From Bugula neritina (Eukaryota; Animalia; Bryozoa), in the NCBI GenBank assembly GCA_964035545.1, contig OZ037765.1, positions 12,348,698 to 12,412,697 of the forward strand: a stretch of 64,000 bases of DNA. The letters run 5' to 3'. The position numbers and the translations under genes are program-made. This document shows positions 1 through 14,199 of the stretch, piece after piece (positions within the stretch are counted from its first letter, which is position 1; each line of letters opens with the position of its first letter). The notes under the pieces are model-generated. The model did no database searches and had not been told where the DNA came from. It saw only the letters and a program-made list of their open reading frames with translations.

Positions 1-592
1 TGCTAATTCTTGTACTAAAAGTTTATCTTTTAGGTACTTATATCTCTCCTGACCACCTGCATTACACAACCTCTGGAGGGTTTAGCCAACGCATTAGGAT
101 TCTCTTATAAACTTTTTTTTCAACACATTCCTGTACAATGGCAGCCATTTATATTTATCCAACTATTTGTATTTTTGATAGTCTTTGTATTTGTCTTCAA
201 CAAATATAGATTTAGTTTTCCATTATTTACTTTAGAGCCAAAGGTATCACTACCTATGTTGAAACATAGACAAACGTAAGATTTATTTTGCGGATTTTAT
301 GCCAAAATTGAGCTTTACAATTATAAAATAATGTGTTGAAATAAATTTGATATGTTGTAAAAAAATACAAATCTCAACAGATATCCATTTATGCATGCAT
401 ATATTGCAATCAATAAATTAATCTAAAAATTATATATTATGCATCGATGTGATTTCTATAGTTTAGTGTATAAACAAACATTAGAATAAAAAATTCCCAT
501 AGTTTCAGCCGTGAATAAAATTGTTGAGCTGAAAATTTTCAACTAAGACAAACATCCTAACACATAATGTATTTTGCTACTCTGAGAAAAAA

Positions 593-3500
593 CTAAGCAG
601 TGTGTCTCCTCGAGTGATATTTGGCCTTCAAGACGAGAGCCTCTTTGTAAATGAGCCTGGAGAGTAGCTGTAACAGTAGGTACAGTAGATGAGCACGCAA
701 TACAAGAATAGTATACTGTGATTAGTTGAGTATACAGTGTGTTAGGGTATGAAAAATAAACTTGAAATTCACGATGAGTAGAACTAATTCTATAACTTGT
801 GTGGATGTGAAAATTTATTTCTACCTATAATAAACTCATGCAAGAGAGCAGCCGTGGTCTAGGGGTTAGAGCGTTTGCCTAGTAAGCACGGGGTCATGGA
901 TTTGAACCCCAACATAGGCCATTGGTGATGTTAGGAAGAGCATCCAGTCACAATTGCTCCTGTGCCTTATCTGAATAAGTCCTTAGGCCTATTTAACAAA
1001 AACCCTTTCCACCAGGAGTTTCCCACAGGAATGGTGACTATAAACTTGTGTGATTTTTTATAATAAACTCATGCTATTGTAGTTGCAATGGTTGCCTCAA
1101 CACCATTAAAATGAAATAAAGAAATTTCAGATTATAACTATAGTTGGTATCTAGTTATGTAGAACAGTCATTAGATCTAGCATTGCAACGACTATTGAAT
1201 AAAGCAATTAGATGTCCATTCCTATACTAATATACTCACCAGTAACGCCAGGACATTACTTCCAATAAGCATACCAAATACAATGTCCATTCGCTCACTC
1301 AGGGGTTTATTTAGACCATCAACAATAGCAGAAAGACCAGGTCCAAGTGCAGCACCTAAAAATACATTGAAATAATTTTTCAGTAGCAAAGTCATAGAAA
1401 AGAATTGTAAAGTCATAAGAATGATTGGTTTAGTTGTCTTAGGTGCTATAAACCAGTGAGCTGGAGAAATCTCTCATAAAACCTGCAAATACTACATTGA
1501 AATCATGATTAAGTTAAGGAAAGTAAGGTAGTTACTCACCTATAGATCCTGTACCATCTATGATGGCAGTAACAGTAGCTAAAGCCTTAGCACTGGTAGC
1601 TAGAGAAGGGTGGGTACCCAAATCAGCTGACACTGAAGTAGTTATTAAGCAATAAGGTCCATTAACAAAAAATCCGGTAGCTATAAGCAATCCTGCAAGA
1701 TACAATTGTTGTTGAAGTTATTATTGCTAGAGATACAGATGCATAAGAAAAGTAAAGATAACTTCAAATGAACTCAGCAAACCAAGTGATTATTTAAAAA
1801 GTCTATAAAAGATTGTGAAGCTTCAAGAACCAACTAACAAAAACTCACCATAAGCATTTGCATAGCTCAAAGCTCCCCAAATTTTGTAGGCCCAGACCTA
1901 AAAACAGAGATTAGGGGTTTGGTTAGCAATACTAGCATGTATAAACATGATAGCAGTAAGTAAGTAAAAGCTATTACTAAAAACCAGATGAGCAGTTCGC
2001 AACAACCTCACTATTCAGATCTAGAGAAATCAATCACATCGGGCTATTCATCACAATATGTCCGCTAAATAAAACAAATAAATGAAAATAAACTACATTA
2101 AATTATAACTCAAAATCTTAGTATAGCTTACCATAGGAATGCTGAAAATAAGTAAGGAACCACAAGTAATAGCACTCGATTGAGTGACATCTGCTAGAAA
2201 TCCAGCAAATATAGCACCAAATATTCCACCGACATCAACCAGAGTAGCTAATTCACCAGCAGTAGCATCAGGGTCAGTCATGGGAACATGGTCTAATAAC
2301 ATAAAGGTACATAATGCTAGCATCAAACTACTTTGCTATGTATTGAGATGCACCAACATGTACAAATAATAACTTTTGAGCTATTAGCAGCTACATTATT
2401 AAACTTATAAATATTTTAAATTCACTGATTGTTTTGGCTTTGAATTTAACTAGCAGCAAAACAAATATATAGAAAAGTAAAGTTTGTGAGATAAAAATTG
2501 ACCAGTCATACATTATAAAGTTAGAGTGTATGACTGTTTCTACTACTTTGATTCCGTGTGGTATTTTTGTTAACTCTAAACTTTCAGTAAAGTTTTATAT
2601 AAGTGGGAACAACACATCTACACCAATCTAGCCCACATATAAAATACATATAGTTATAATTAAACTTAAACAAGATCATTGATTATTTAACACATAAATA
2701 CAATGAAAATAATCTAGATCAAAGAAATAATCAAGAAATCTGTAGGCATACTGTATATAAAAAATCAAATACTGGCAAATAATTCATCACTGCCTAATGA
2801 CAGCAATTAATTTGACTACAGCTTGAAATAGTATGAATGTCCAAGCATCTTGATTAGAGTAAATAACTGTATGAACACCGCACCGTTACTGTAACATGGT
2901 AGTTATAAAAATAACACTCACTAATCATCACTTGCTTGATATACTGAGGCAGCCAGTAAAGGAATGTGTAGCTCACCAATTTGGCGAAGAATAGACAGAA
3001 TGAGAATTCTATAACACCCTTCAAACAAGAATTAATACTAGTTGTACATACAAGAATACAAATCATGTCTCTTAACAGCTCTTCCCAGTAGATTATATCA
3101 GCAGAGAAATATAAAAATTAAATTACTAACTCAGTCAAACACTCGATAAATAATTTAGTAGGAAGCTAGAATTGACATAAAAAGGTAGTTTACTGACTGG
3201 AACACTGAGAGCACCAATAAATGAGACTGCTTGAATTTCATTGGCTGTTGAAACGCCTTCAAACATTGGCTCATGCTCATCTTCACTGGCAACCTACAAA
3301 ACAGCACAGCACTTGATTAAGAATAGTAAATCGTATATTTGTTTCTATATACTGCAGGCTTTGTTACAAGGTACTAGTCGATGCTCCACTGCATAATTTA
3401 GGAGGATTGTTTTATTTTGTAAAGGGAGCAGCCATCGGCTAGGGGTTAGAGCCTGACAAAGGCCATTGGTGATGTTAAGAAGAGCATCCAGTTATAATTG

Positions 3501-6500
3501 TTTCTGTGCCTCATCTGAATAAGTTCTTAGTCAGATTTAACAAAAACTCTTTCCATCAAAGGTTTTCTCACAGGGATGGTGACTATAAGCTTGAGCAAGT
3601 TTTATTTTGTAAAGATCCATGACAAGATGGACGGGCAGACTACACAACCAGTTAAATATTTGGCAACTAGCATTTTACAAGCATGCTTTCAAATACTATT
3701 TGCACACCAGAAAAAGTTTACTGAAGTTTGGAGTCATAATAATATCTTGACCTTTGCATAAATGTTAATGACAGAAATACAATAAATTGGAATTTTAAAA
3801 AAACACAAGCTTTCAGATATATAAAAACAATTTGTCCACAAATATTGTTTGGACAAATTGATTTTACATTAAATATGAAAATAATTGAATAGTGGTGCTA
3901 GTGACATGGTAAGATAAACTTTATGCAGACCTTCAAACAAACCAACAAACTCCCTTTGCATATGACACAAAACACATGCATAAACTAGACAATTAGATAT
4001 TCCAGATTAGACCAGAAGTTACCACGCAGTAAATTTACAGCAACCATCATTAAACAAAGAAGATTGCCAATTATCACCCAGTCTTGGGTTTTAGACAATT
4101 TACTAAATTTAAGGAATTTGCGTTAAAAGTATAGCATTGCTAAAACAGAATTACAGCCGAAGAAAGAAGATTAAGTCAGCAGACTAAGATGTAAATGTAT
4201 AAATTTTAGCTCATAATCATTATTTAAGCCATATGCAACAAACCTCTGTAGGGGGTGGCTCTTCTGTACCATAATTCGGTAACTGACAAAAAATTGAATC
4301 AGCAAAACGTGATGTTGCATGTAATGTAAATAATATAACAATAAGAAATTCAAAATATTAAACAGGCTACTTGAATACAGTTGAGGATTTTACCACAGAT
4401 TCTGTATCATTTATCAAAGGTGAGTGTTCTGAATTTTCTGACTGCCTTAAATCTTCTGCTGGGTGCAGAATTTCAGGTGTTATCCCCACATCATCCGGGT
4501 CTAGAATTTGAATTAAATTTACTGGCTAAACATAGTTTGAAAAAAATCAAGACAAAACAGACATTTGAACTATGTAAGCAACCAACCAGTTTAAACAACA
4601 GACTAATGAAATTACTTACGTGGTACAAGCAAAAAGAAAACCACAACTCCAAGAACCATGATGATGAGTCCAGGGTAAAAGAATGACCACCACCAGTAGC
4701 CATGTTTTGTCCAGTAGCTGGTGAGAAAGGCGGAAGCTATAATACCTCCAAATATATTACCTAGAGATGTGTGTGAGTTCCAGATACCCATAATCAAGCC
4801 CCTTCTGCAAGCACACATCGAAATAATCTTAATCTGTAGTCGAATAGAGATTAACAAATGTTACCTGAAAATAGGCAACAATGTACTATAAGAGTGTGTT
4901 AGTATATATAATATAATGAAGCTTGCTTCATATTGTAGCTCACTGGTGTGTTAGTATAGAAATTAATTATGTAATATGGGAATAACTAATGTTTGCCTGT
5001 CTTGTCTCTTCAACTCAGTAACCCAATGAATATCTTAATACCCCCATTCAAACTGTTGAGTTTTTAAAGTCATCTTAGACATTATTTACTATTTAGTAGA
5101 ATAAATAACACATACTTTCATTATAAAAAAGACTAAAAGGACTTTTATGATGGTCTATTAACCTATAATTCACTAGAATATTGAGTAGACAATAAAAAAG
5201 AATGTTAGAAGGATGTGTCATCACTTGCACACTTACCTCTGTTTACCGAACCAATTGCCCATACAAGCCACTACACCAGGCCACCCACTTGATTGCACCA
5301 GACCACAGATAATCTACATATACAATATACATTGATACGATATTTCCCAAATCTATTCAGCAATGCTTGTGAAATAAAGTGAGATTCCTGCCAATTAGCT
5401 TTTGCTGCACAACTTTTCTTTTGTTAACAGCAGTCATTATGTCACAGGAATAACCTAGACTGATTAATGGTTACGTGCTAACTAAGTTTCATCACTTTGT
5501 AAAACCTGCCAGTTACTAGTGTAAAGTTGGGTTTATACCTTCACGATTTTCAGTCAGAAATTCAATTTGGCCGGGTTGAAATTTCTCCGAGTTGCATTGC
5601 TTTATAAAAGCCACTCAAAAAAATTTTTGTACTGTGATAACTTAATCAGCAGAGTTAAGAATAATACTCAAAAGGAGTAATAACTCCTTGTAACTATCGT
5701 TATTTAATTATTATTTAATTATGACTTTTTCAATTAGATGGCGTACTTATATGTTAATAATTATATCACCTACACCTTCTCAATTATCACTTTTATCTGT
5801 CAACTTTACTAACTCACGACGTCTTCAAAGGGCATCAAATAGCGATTAGGTGAGTCAGATTCCACTTTTAGAAAGTAAGCTTCTGCATCAATATGATTTC
5901 ACCGAGTTTCAGTTTGACAATAAAGGGGTACTCGGGCGGGTGTTATTAACTGAAACTTGAAACTTTTTTCAGCAGAGGTATAAATGAAACTTTACACAAA
6001 GCTGCAGAATCACTGCCAAACACAATCAACTAAATAAAATAAAGTGGCCAGGCACAAACCTTAAGCAGCGTCAGTTCTGGGTTATTTTTAAAAGATAGCT
6101 CTAAGCTTTGTAAATGGTGAGATTTTAGCAACTGGTTAATTACATTCAGGTTTATCAATTATATTTTCCATTCAGTGACTGGAGAAAGCTAACTGAAAGA
6201 TTGGGAAAAATTATGATTTAAAAAACCAAAAAACTTTTTTTGTACATTCAAGATATATACTAGACAGCAGGGAAGAATATTATACTTATTCTATATTTTA
6301 AATAAGTAAAATCCACCAAACTTAAGTGGAAAATAAATGTTTTGTAGCAATTAAAAACCAAAATTTAATCTGCTAACCTGAACTATAATAAAATAAGCAA
6401 AACTGTGGATGTTCCACAAATATCCAAACCCGAATGCCATAGTCAGAAGGCCGCTGAGAAGCATACCAGCAGTGAGGAAGTAACGCAAATTCATTCTCTC

Positions 6501-9032
6501 TGCTATGTGTCCGCTAAAACAGTTCAATCAGCACAATAAATATTATTTATCTTGATCTTCTTAAAAAGGGTACAAATTTATCAGCTGCAGTGAAGTAATA
6601 TGTTATAAATTTCATGAACTTTCGTAAATATTGAAATAGTTTTGCTGCAGCATACATGACAATCATTGTGTTTAAGGACTGTTTCCTGCTCAAATTAACA
6701 TTTAATCTCATACTTTAAAATTGAATGAGTCTGTGAGTGAATGATAACATTAATTATCTATTACACAATTATTGTATGCTACCTGGCAAACATTCCAACT
6801 GCATATGCAATGAGATAGGCAACATCAAGCCCACCAAAGTAATCATCGTAGGTGCTTGGATTGTCTGCAAAATAATACAGCATCAAATCTAAAGTTTTGT
6901 CACAAAATGGTAATACAAAGGTCAATTACATACCAAGTTTAACAATCAGCATGGCCTACAAGTCAAAGCAAACACAACAGATAACAACTTATCACTGAAT
7001 ACAGAACTTTTTCAACTGAAGTTGAAACTTTTAGATAATCAAACTTATAGTCACAACAATGTAACCACAAGGCTTTGAATAGTAGAATGAAACACCAAAC
7101 TGCAGATAAGAGAATAACATGTATGATGAGAAAACAGTTCAACCAAAAAGGTCATGATTGATAACATATTATCAAAGTACAGAAATTCATTTGCCTGTAC
7201 ACCAAGTTATAGACATATATTGATGTAATAACTTGTGATTCAGCCAACTCCAGTACTCCAATGCTGTACTAAATCAAGCTTTAAATGTTGTTAGAAATAA
7301 TAGGAATAATTTAGTCTTGAGGTAGTGGAGGGGGGGGGGGAGACATGTGCTAAGAAAAGAAAAAGACTAGGGAGAGAGGGAGAGTTATAGAGATGGAGTT
7401 GTTAGGAAATGGAAAAAGATGATACAAGCAAGCTGGGACTGAGGGTGAAAAATGCAAGGAATTTGAAGAACTGGAAAGAGACAGTCAGCTTTGGCTACTC
7501 CAAAAGAGAATAGCTCCAAACATAGCAAACAGTAGCAATATTTCAGTTCTTTAGTTCGAATAAATAACAGCTTATTCACACATTAATGAATGCAAATCTC
7601 AACTTTTCAAAATTTGTAGTATGGGTCACATGACCTCCGAATATTTTGACCTATTGTAAGATCATGTGATAAATGCTAATCTGCTGGAATTGCTGTCCAT
7701 GTCGATAGGGCATAACAGCATAATTAGCACCAGTAGTGGTGTTTTTACTTAAAAGTACGTAGACATTCTTCATCCAGAACTAATAATGAACGAAAAGATG
7801 GGCTAGCTAAGTTTAATTTTTATTTGCTAGCTAGATTGTGACTTCAATCTAAAAAATTTAATTATAAAAGATACTTGTTCAGGCATCACTAGTTATGGAA
7901 AGACTAATAACAGTGCCATTTTATATCAAAAATTTATCATGTGACTCTGGTTTTTAGTTATAATTTTTAAAAATTTAACATTTGAAAGTAACAAATGAGA
8001 CTCCTCACTATTAACACACATCACTGAGCCAGTTGAATATATTTAAAATGTCTAACTCACTAAATGGAGCCCAGCTATTCAAGCAGCTCTTATTCAGAGG
8101 AAGTTCTGGAATAGAGGTGTCAGTTGGATTAGGGTGCCAGGACCCTGGAGTTAGAGTACAGTTACTGTACAGGGCATTCTAAAATATACAGTTTAACAAA
8201 CTTCGTTGATTTACAATGCAAGTAACGTAAGCAATAGCAATATAACTATATCCTTTATATTATGTCTTTATATTTATTCATTATATCATATACATTTCTG
8301 GGAAGCATTTTTTGCACTACAATAAAAAACATATATTAAAGAGCTAAAAATGGTCACATAATATCACATGAACACGCAAGAGTTGGCTCTCACCAATAAT
8401 ATAATTGGGATTTTTATGTGACCTCAATAACTTGGCTACACAATACTTTCAAATATAAATAAAAAACAACACTGAAACTAAAGCTAAATAGTTGTTAAAG
8501 TCAAAATTATGTAATGATAATCATATTATATAATACTAATTACCTTGACAACTGTGATTGGCCTTCTTGAAAGATGGTAACTCAGATAGACAAGGAATGT
8601 TAGAACCCAAATTAAGGTTTTATATCTGTAATATAAACTTTACTCTACAGATGATAAATCTGACTTTTTATTTTAGAAAGTACAATTCAAAAGAAATAAT
8701 GTTATATTCACAACAACAGTTGAAACTATTGAGTTCCTAACTTAGTTTTCATTAAGAAAACATTGTTGTAGGTAGGAAAATAATAATTCTTCACCAGTGA
8801 ACATTTGTATTATCTCAAATTGAACAAAAAATCTGTTTAATAACACTTCGTATAACTTGAATTAATAAGAATATCATCATATGCATTTACAATGCAGAAA
8901 ACCTCAAACTTGCACTGTGGTTAAAATAAATCACATAATTTCTTTAAAATAAAATTATTTCATTAATGTGGGTTACCTGCTACTCACTGTAGTCTTTTTA
9001 AGGCCCAAGATCAATAGAGGAGCTTTAGACAT
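593..9032 (-). CDS. SLC37A2: MFS sugar-phosphate exchanger (glucose-6-phosphate/Pi antiporter), SLC37A1/SLC37A2-like; 16 coding exons, ~542 aa
   Basis: Phase-consistent GT-AG exons (5'->3'): 9032-8977, 8625-8544, 8178-8061, 6864-6783, 6513-6378, 5313-5237, 4804-4620, 4500-4394, 4282-4244, 3293-3198, 3018-2922, 2292-2132, 1897-1849, 1692-1540, 1355-1240, 667-593; 1629 nt from ATG (MSKAPLL...) to TAG. Family motifs: YHLSRRPITVVK, WAPF, SGHIAERMNLRYFLTAGM, QSSGWPGVVACMGNWFGKQRRGLIMGIWNSHTSLGN, GVIEFSFCLFFAKLVSYTFLYWLP, NGPYCLITTSVSADLGTH, ATVTAIIDGTGSIGAALGP. A1 vs A2 orthology cannot be resolved (likely co-orthologue). Confidence 0.95.
842..1058 (+). mobile_element. tRNA-derived SINE, full-length copy with 16-bp target-site duplication
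   Basis: A-box-like TGGTCTAGGGG (~855-865), B-box-like GATTTGAACCC (~899-909), core GGCCATTGGTGATGTTAGGAAGAGCATCCAG; flanked by direct repeat TATAATAAACTCATGC at 826-841 and 1059-1074; related copies elsewhere in the window. Confidence 0.88.
3423..3596 (+). mobile_element. SINE copy (same family, internal deletion in the tRNA head)
   Basis: Aligns by eye to 842-1058: GAGCAGCC..CTAGGGGTTAGAGC..GGCCATTGGTGATGTTAAGAAGAGCATCCAGT..CACAGGGATGGTGACTATAA; lacks the B-box segment. Confidence 0.85.
7330..7340. repeat. poly-G run (11 nt)
   Basis: Read directly from the sequence. Confidence 0.9.
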
Positions 9033-9699
9033 TGCTGTTTAGATGCAGTTGGTTGAGAGTATAAACTTCTGAATAGCTAAATCATTAAAATTTAGTCATC
9101 TTTACTGCAGCTAAAACACACATATACATGTATTCAAATTTCAATTAAAGTGCAGTAAAACTTGACATCAAAAGATTAACAAAATTTCCGTGTTTGCACT
9201 TTGAGCAATAATTTATAGTCACGTTTCTACACTGCACAATCATTACCAAAGTAATTGATTTACAAAAAAAAACAAGCTGCAAAGAAAAAATATGACAGTA
9301 AAAGAGCACCTTTAGTTGGAGACAAAAGAAAATGCTGTCTGCTAAATAAACTACTACGACTTCTATGACAAAATGACAAGCACATGAACATTAAATTTTC
9401 TATCAACCACCAAAGGGTACTTTGATAATAAATTCATAGGACATTTACAACCAAAATGTTAATAAAACTACCGTCTAAAGCAGATTGACTAAAAAACTTA
9501 AAATAGAAACAACTTTAAGCTTGCTAGATTATCTGGAGCTGTATTCAGTTGCTCACTCCATCAATTAGCTTTAAAAGGTTATTATCTAGTAATTACTTAT
9601 TTTATTCAAATTTTCAGTTGCGTGCTCCTTCGTAACTAACAGAAGTTAAATAAAAGACCTAAACACTAGCATAATATTAACTATAAGTGTAACTGCATA

Positions 9700-10950
9700 A
9701 TAGTCTAAGCTAAACTTGAGTCAATAGTTAATCCTAATCATACTGATTACCATAATCATCACCATCATCATGAATATCATTACCGATTACTGTAATACTA
9801 ATAGTTATGCTGATTATCATGATAATCACAATGATAATCATTATTATAATCATAAGAATTATCATTAATTATTACCATATTGATTATTAAATAACTTAGA
9901 ATAACCAATTCTGAGAATTAGCATTACCATAATTATGAGCATGTTTATTATTATTAGTAATACTAGTTAGCACCAATTACATTTATTAATTATAAATTAC
10001 CCTTTTAGGCTTATAGTATAAGTTTATGACTAACTCTAAGTATAGGTATAAGATTAGGACACAGACTAGGCCTATTACTATGACTATGAATAAGTTATTT
10101 AGTAAGAAATGTACTTCAGCATATCATCATCTAAAATTAAAAGTAAATATTAGTATAGAAGAGTCAGGCTTAGTGAGGCTCTTAAGTTTTATATATCAAG
10201 TTTTAAACTTGACTATCTTACAGCAACAGCTAGTGCTACTCTAACCTAACTTTTAGCCCAATTCTAAGTCTTAGAGTTAGTCTAACTCTTAACATTTACA
10301 ATAAGTGTAACTTAAATCTGAAATCACTCACTATCAGTATCACAATCAATATGAATATCAGTATGAGACTATAAGTATCACTGTCAGTCAAATGAAAGTT
10401 CATTGAGTACTGAGTAGTAATACTAATACTAGTACTAATACTAGTAGTAGTACTAATAGTAGTAGTAATACTAATATTAATCTAGGTCTAATACTAATAG
10501 TAATACTAGTAATAGTAGTAGTAAAAGTAATATTAAATTTAATATAATATTAAAAATAAATCTAATACTAATACCAATAGTAATAGTAATAATCACTAAT
10601 ACTAATACTAATACTAATAGTAATACTAATACTAATAGTAATAGTGACAGTGACTAATACTCTAATACTAATACTAATAGTAATAGTATTACTGTAATAG
10701 TAATACTAATAGTAACTGTATTAGTATTACTAAGACACTATGACTAAAACTAATACTCAATACTAACAGTAATATTATCATAATTATAATATAAATATAA
10801 TTATTGAATTAAAATTAAAAATATAAGCATTAATCATAATGATATTGAATAAATGATAATATTATGATTATGATTATCATTACTCATTAGGCTTAGCATT
10901 GTTATTACTATTAGATCTAGAAATATTAGTATATAAGTCTATAACAAGCT
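9700..10950. repeat. Low-complexity degenerate tri/hexamer-periodic tract (ACTAAT/AGTAAT-like)
   Basis: e.g. TAATACTAATACTAGTACTAATACTAGTAGTAG; strongest at 10410-10740, with degenerate flanks. Confidence 0.8.
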
Positions 10951-11049
10951 ATGAGTCAATTTGTAAACATTTAAATAGATCAGACACGGTAGATATCCAA
11001 TAAACAAATCCCACTGAAATAGACTAGTTGGTAAGTTACATTTACTGAA

Positions 11050-12860
11050 CCTAAAGCTGGTGTCCGATCTGCCTTATACTACGACATAATATTTCTTTTC
11101 ATCTTGATTGGACTCTAGAAAGGGGAGGGGTATAAATTATAGGGTACGCCTACCCACAAACTAGGAGTTGTCGCATTTGTAGGCTTCCGGCAATTTACTT
11201 TGCGTTTACAAGGGCAAAATCTGGTAACCATCGTCAGGGAAGAATAACTCTAAAATGGTTATTTTGCTATTAGTGATGGCACATTATAGCCCTTGTACAA
11301 CTCTATGAAGAAATTCGAGTTTCTGACCAGTAAATGTCCAATTATAGGCAGTTTATCCCATCACTACATTGCAACTTAGCATCTAGTAAAATACCAGGTT
11401 AATAACGCAATTTATTAAATTATATTGTATGCTAATTTTTATCAATAACAATATTACAACTCAGAAATAATCACGGCTAATATATATAACTGTCATCTAT
11501 ATCAATGAGAAGGACTCTAAAATATAAAGATATTATAAACATGTATTTGCACATTTTTTACGAGATGATGCCCAAATAAAGAAGGGATAACTCAGGACCC
11601 CTATAAAATCTAAACATACATGTGCATGAACGTTTATATATACACAAAATATTATGTACCTTATGATACTTGCATGTACTGGTTCTTTACAATATTCTAA
11701 TTATAACTTAAGATCTAGCATCAGGCTGCGCTGAATGCACAAAATCTGGTACAGAGTTTCTTGTATGTTGTGTCTCTAAATTACAGAAAAACCTCTGCGT
11801 CTATATAATGTTTCATGCTGGTCTAGTGTTTTTAGACAATCTTACGTGAGTTGACAATTCTAGAAGTTTATCAGCTGATTTCATTTTAAACATTGGCATT
11901 ATTCTTATCAATATATTATATCAAAACATTGCAGGTAGGATGCAATAAAATTTTTGGTTGTCAACAAAAGCAGAACTCTCAAACAATAAAACATAATAGC
12001 GAATTATAAACTATCTGATATTGGTGGAGTTGCAAATACTTATAGCTTTATTAGAAAGCATTCAAAAGAGATGATGCTTGCCAGGGGTAAGGTTGGGCCT
12101 AAAATGAAAGCTGGAGATTAAATTGCTCCTGGTGTAACTGGGGTCTAGGGAGACACTTCATCATGGCTATTAAATACATTAACTGCAATCAATCCAAGAA
12201 TCCATAAGAAGAGTTTACTGTTAGTTATGTTTAGCATATTGCTTTAATTTTAGCACAAATTATTATACAGCATGGACAGTGTATTCATATAGTTAGTTTT
12301 ACAGCAATATTATGAGAAACAGCTGTGTAGGAGCAAATCTTTTTAAAAAAATTTACAGACGCATCTTATGTTGAAATTAAGTGTCAACTAAAACCCTATA
12401 TTATTTATTGCATACGCACAGCAATTAAAAAATACAAAAATAACCTGACAATTCATTAACTTAAAATAGCTGTCATTTTTAAAACACCAAACATCACCAA
12501 TATGCAAGTGTTAGCTAAAAGGCATTTATCAAAATTTGAGCTTAATGGAAACACAGTGTGTAATAATATTGCATGTATATCACTTTTTATTTTTGCTATA
12601 GCACAATAATGCAATTCTGAAAATCAAATTATATTAATTATTTCAAATTATAATTACTCAAAATTAATATAAACTTACAGGGGAGCACTGATGGAAAGTG
12701 TTGTCTTCTCTACAGTTATGGCTTTGTTTAGTTATGCTCTTGCGTTTGAGGTGCGGTCGCTCGCCTAACTTGTCAGCCAATTATAATGAGTCATCTTAAT
12801 CTCTACCTGAGCTGAAATGTTTACTATAGAAAACTTTGTTTCAAAGTTACTAAGTAATTT
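11050..12860. promoter_or_regulatory. Presumed intergenic region holding the divergent promoters of SLC37A (-) and RhoGEF (+)
   Basis: Inferred from head-to-head orientation; locally CpG-richer patches at ~11050-11240 and ~12740-12770; donor-like sites near 11050 (-) and 12854 (+) suggest non-coding first exons. TSSs are not determined. Confidence 0.4.
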
Positions 12861-12949
12861 TTCGTTTTTATTGTTGGACTATGAAATACAGGCTTTCACT
12901 AAACTGATTTAGTAAAAACGGTTTATTAAAGTTCAAAGATTAAACTTCT

Positions 12950-14050
12950 ACCTGTAGTAGTACTGTAGTACTAGAACTAACCCTAAGCCCTAGGCCTAAG
13001 GCTAGCCGCTAGGCGTAACCACATTGCACTGTTGCAGTCACTACTTCTACTAAAACTCTAACTGTAAAACTATAAGACTAAGCATAAGTACAAGTAAAAA
13101 TTTAAGTAAAACTAAAAGCATTAGTATTGCTAATGCTAATTTTAATACTATAAAGTAAAAGTAGTCATCAATTACTTCAATTTCATTTACTCATACTCAT
13201 AGTGATGGTGATGGTGAAACGGGATGTCAAAGTGATAAATCATTAAAATAAAACTATTCTATCAACAACATTTAAAATGATAATCCTAACGCCCAAAGGC
13301 CAAGCTCAAGGCCAATGCCAACACAAACAATAATTACAGCAACAGCTTGAGCTTAACACTACCAGTACCAGTTACTCAAAGTGTAAGTGTAACGTCACGG
13401 TTAGTGTTACTGTTAGTGTTACGGTTAGTGTTACTGTTAGTGTTACTGTTACGCATATTGATATTGTTTAATTTTCTGTTGCACTTACTCTTGGAGTTAG
13501 TGAGTTAGTGCTACTGTTGGTGTTAGCAACTGCAAGACCAAGTGCAACACTAGCACTAGCAGGCAACCTGAATATCAGTATGAATATGCAAATCTGTTAG
13601 TTTTAGTGTATCTGTGTATGAACTATGATTATCATTAAAATTAAGATTATTCAATAGTAAAGCAAACCATTATGGCAATACTAAATAAGATTATGATAAA
13701 CATAATAGTTATGATTATCACTGTCAGTTTATCATTTTCATTTTGTTCTCATTTGGCTTAGCCTGGTGGATGGGCATTTGCCCATTTGTCAGTCTTATTT
13801 TCATTTTAGATCTTTATTAGTTTTAGTTTGATTTCATAACGGGTTGAATCAAAATCAAAATGCACAAAACTACAAAACTGAAGACACATCACTTATCAGT
13901 ATGAGTGTTAGTATTGCTATTACTATAATGACTATTACTATTAGTATCAGTAAGACTTTAATCCGGTTTAAGACTAAGCCACTTACTCTAAGTATAAAAG
14001 TAATTGTGTAATGATACTCACGATCATAGACGTAGGCGATATTTAAAATA
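12950..14050. repeat. Degenerate hexamer-periodic low-complexity tract including a (GTTAGTGTTACK)n array at ~13400-13452
   Basis: ACTAAA ACTCTA ACTGTA..., ACTAAG CATAAG TACAAG..., GTTAGTGTTACTGTTAGTGTTACG. Confidence 0.75.
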
Positions 14051-14199
14051 CATGATACAATATATTCCTGCCACCCACGCAGGATCAAAGGTGACCATTT
14101 ATTTAAAATATTGTAAAAAAATAATATAAATCTGTGAGTAGTTACAGTATTTAAGAAATAGTTTTGTAGGATTAGGTCTGGTTTCAAAGAAAATTATCA

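Noticed and set aside
845-920. tRNA gene (also ~29210-29285)
   Set aside because: A/B boxes are present, but the sequence runs into a shared SINE body with a TSD and I see no clean cloverleaf.
13870-14187. 105-aa ORF with a hydrophobic C-terminus
   Set aside because: Hydrophobicity comes from the periodic low-complexity tract; the start overlaps the retroelement end.
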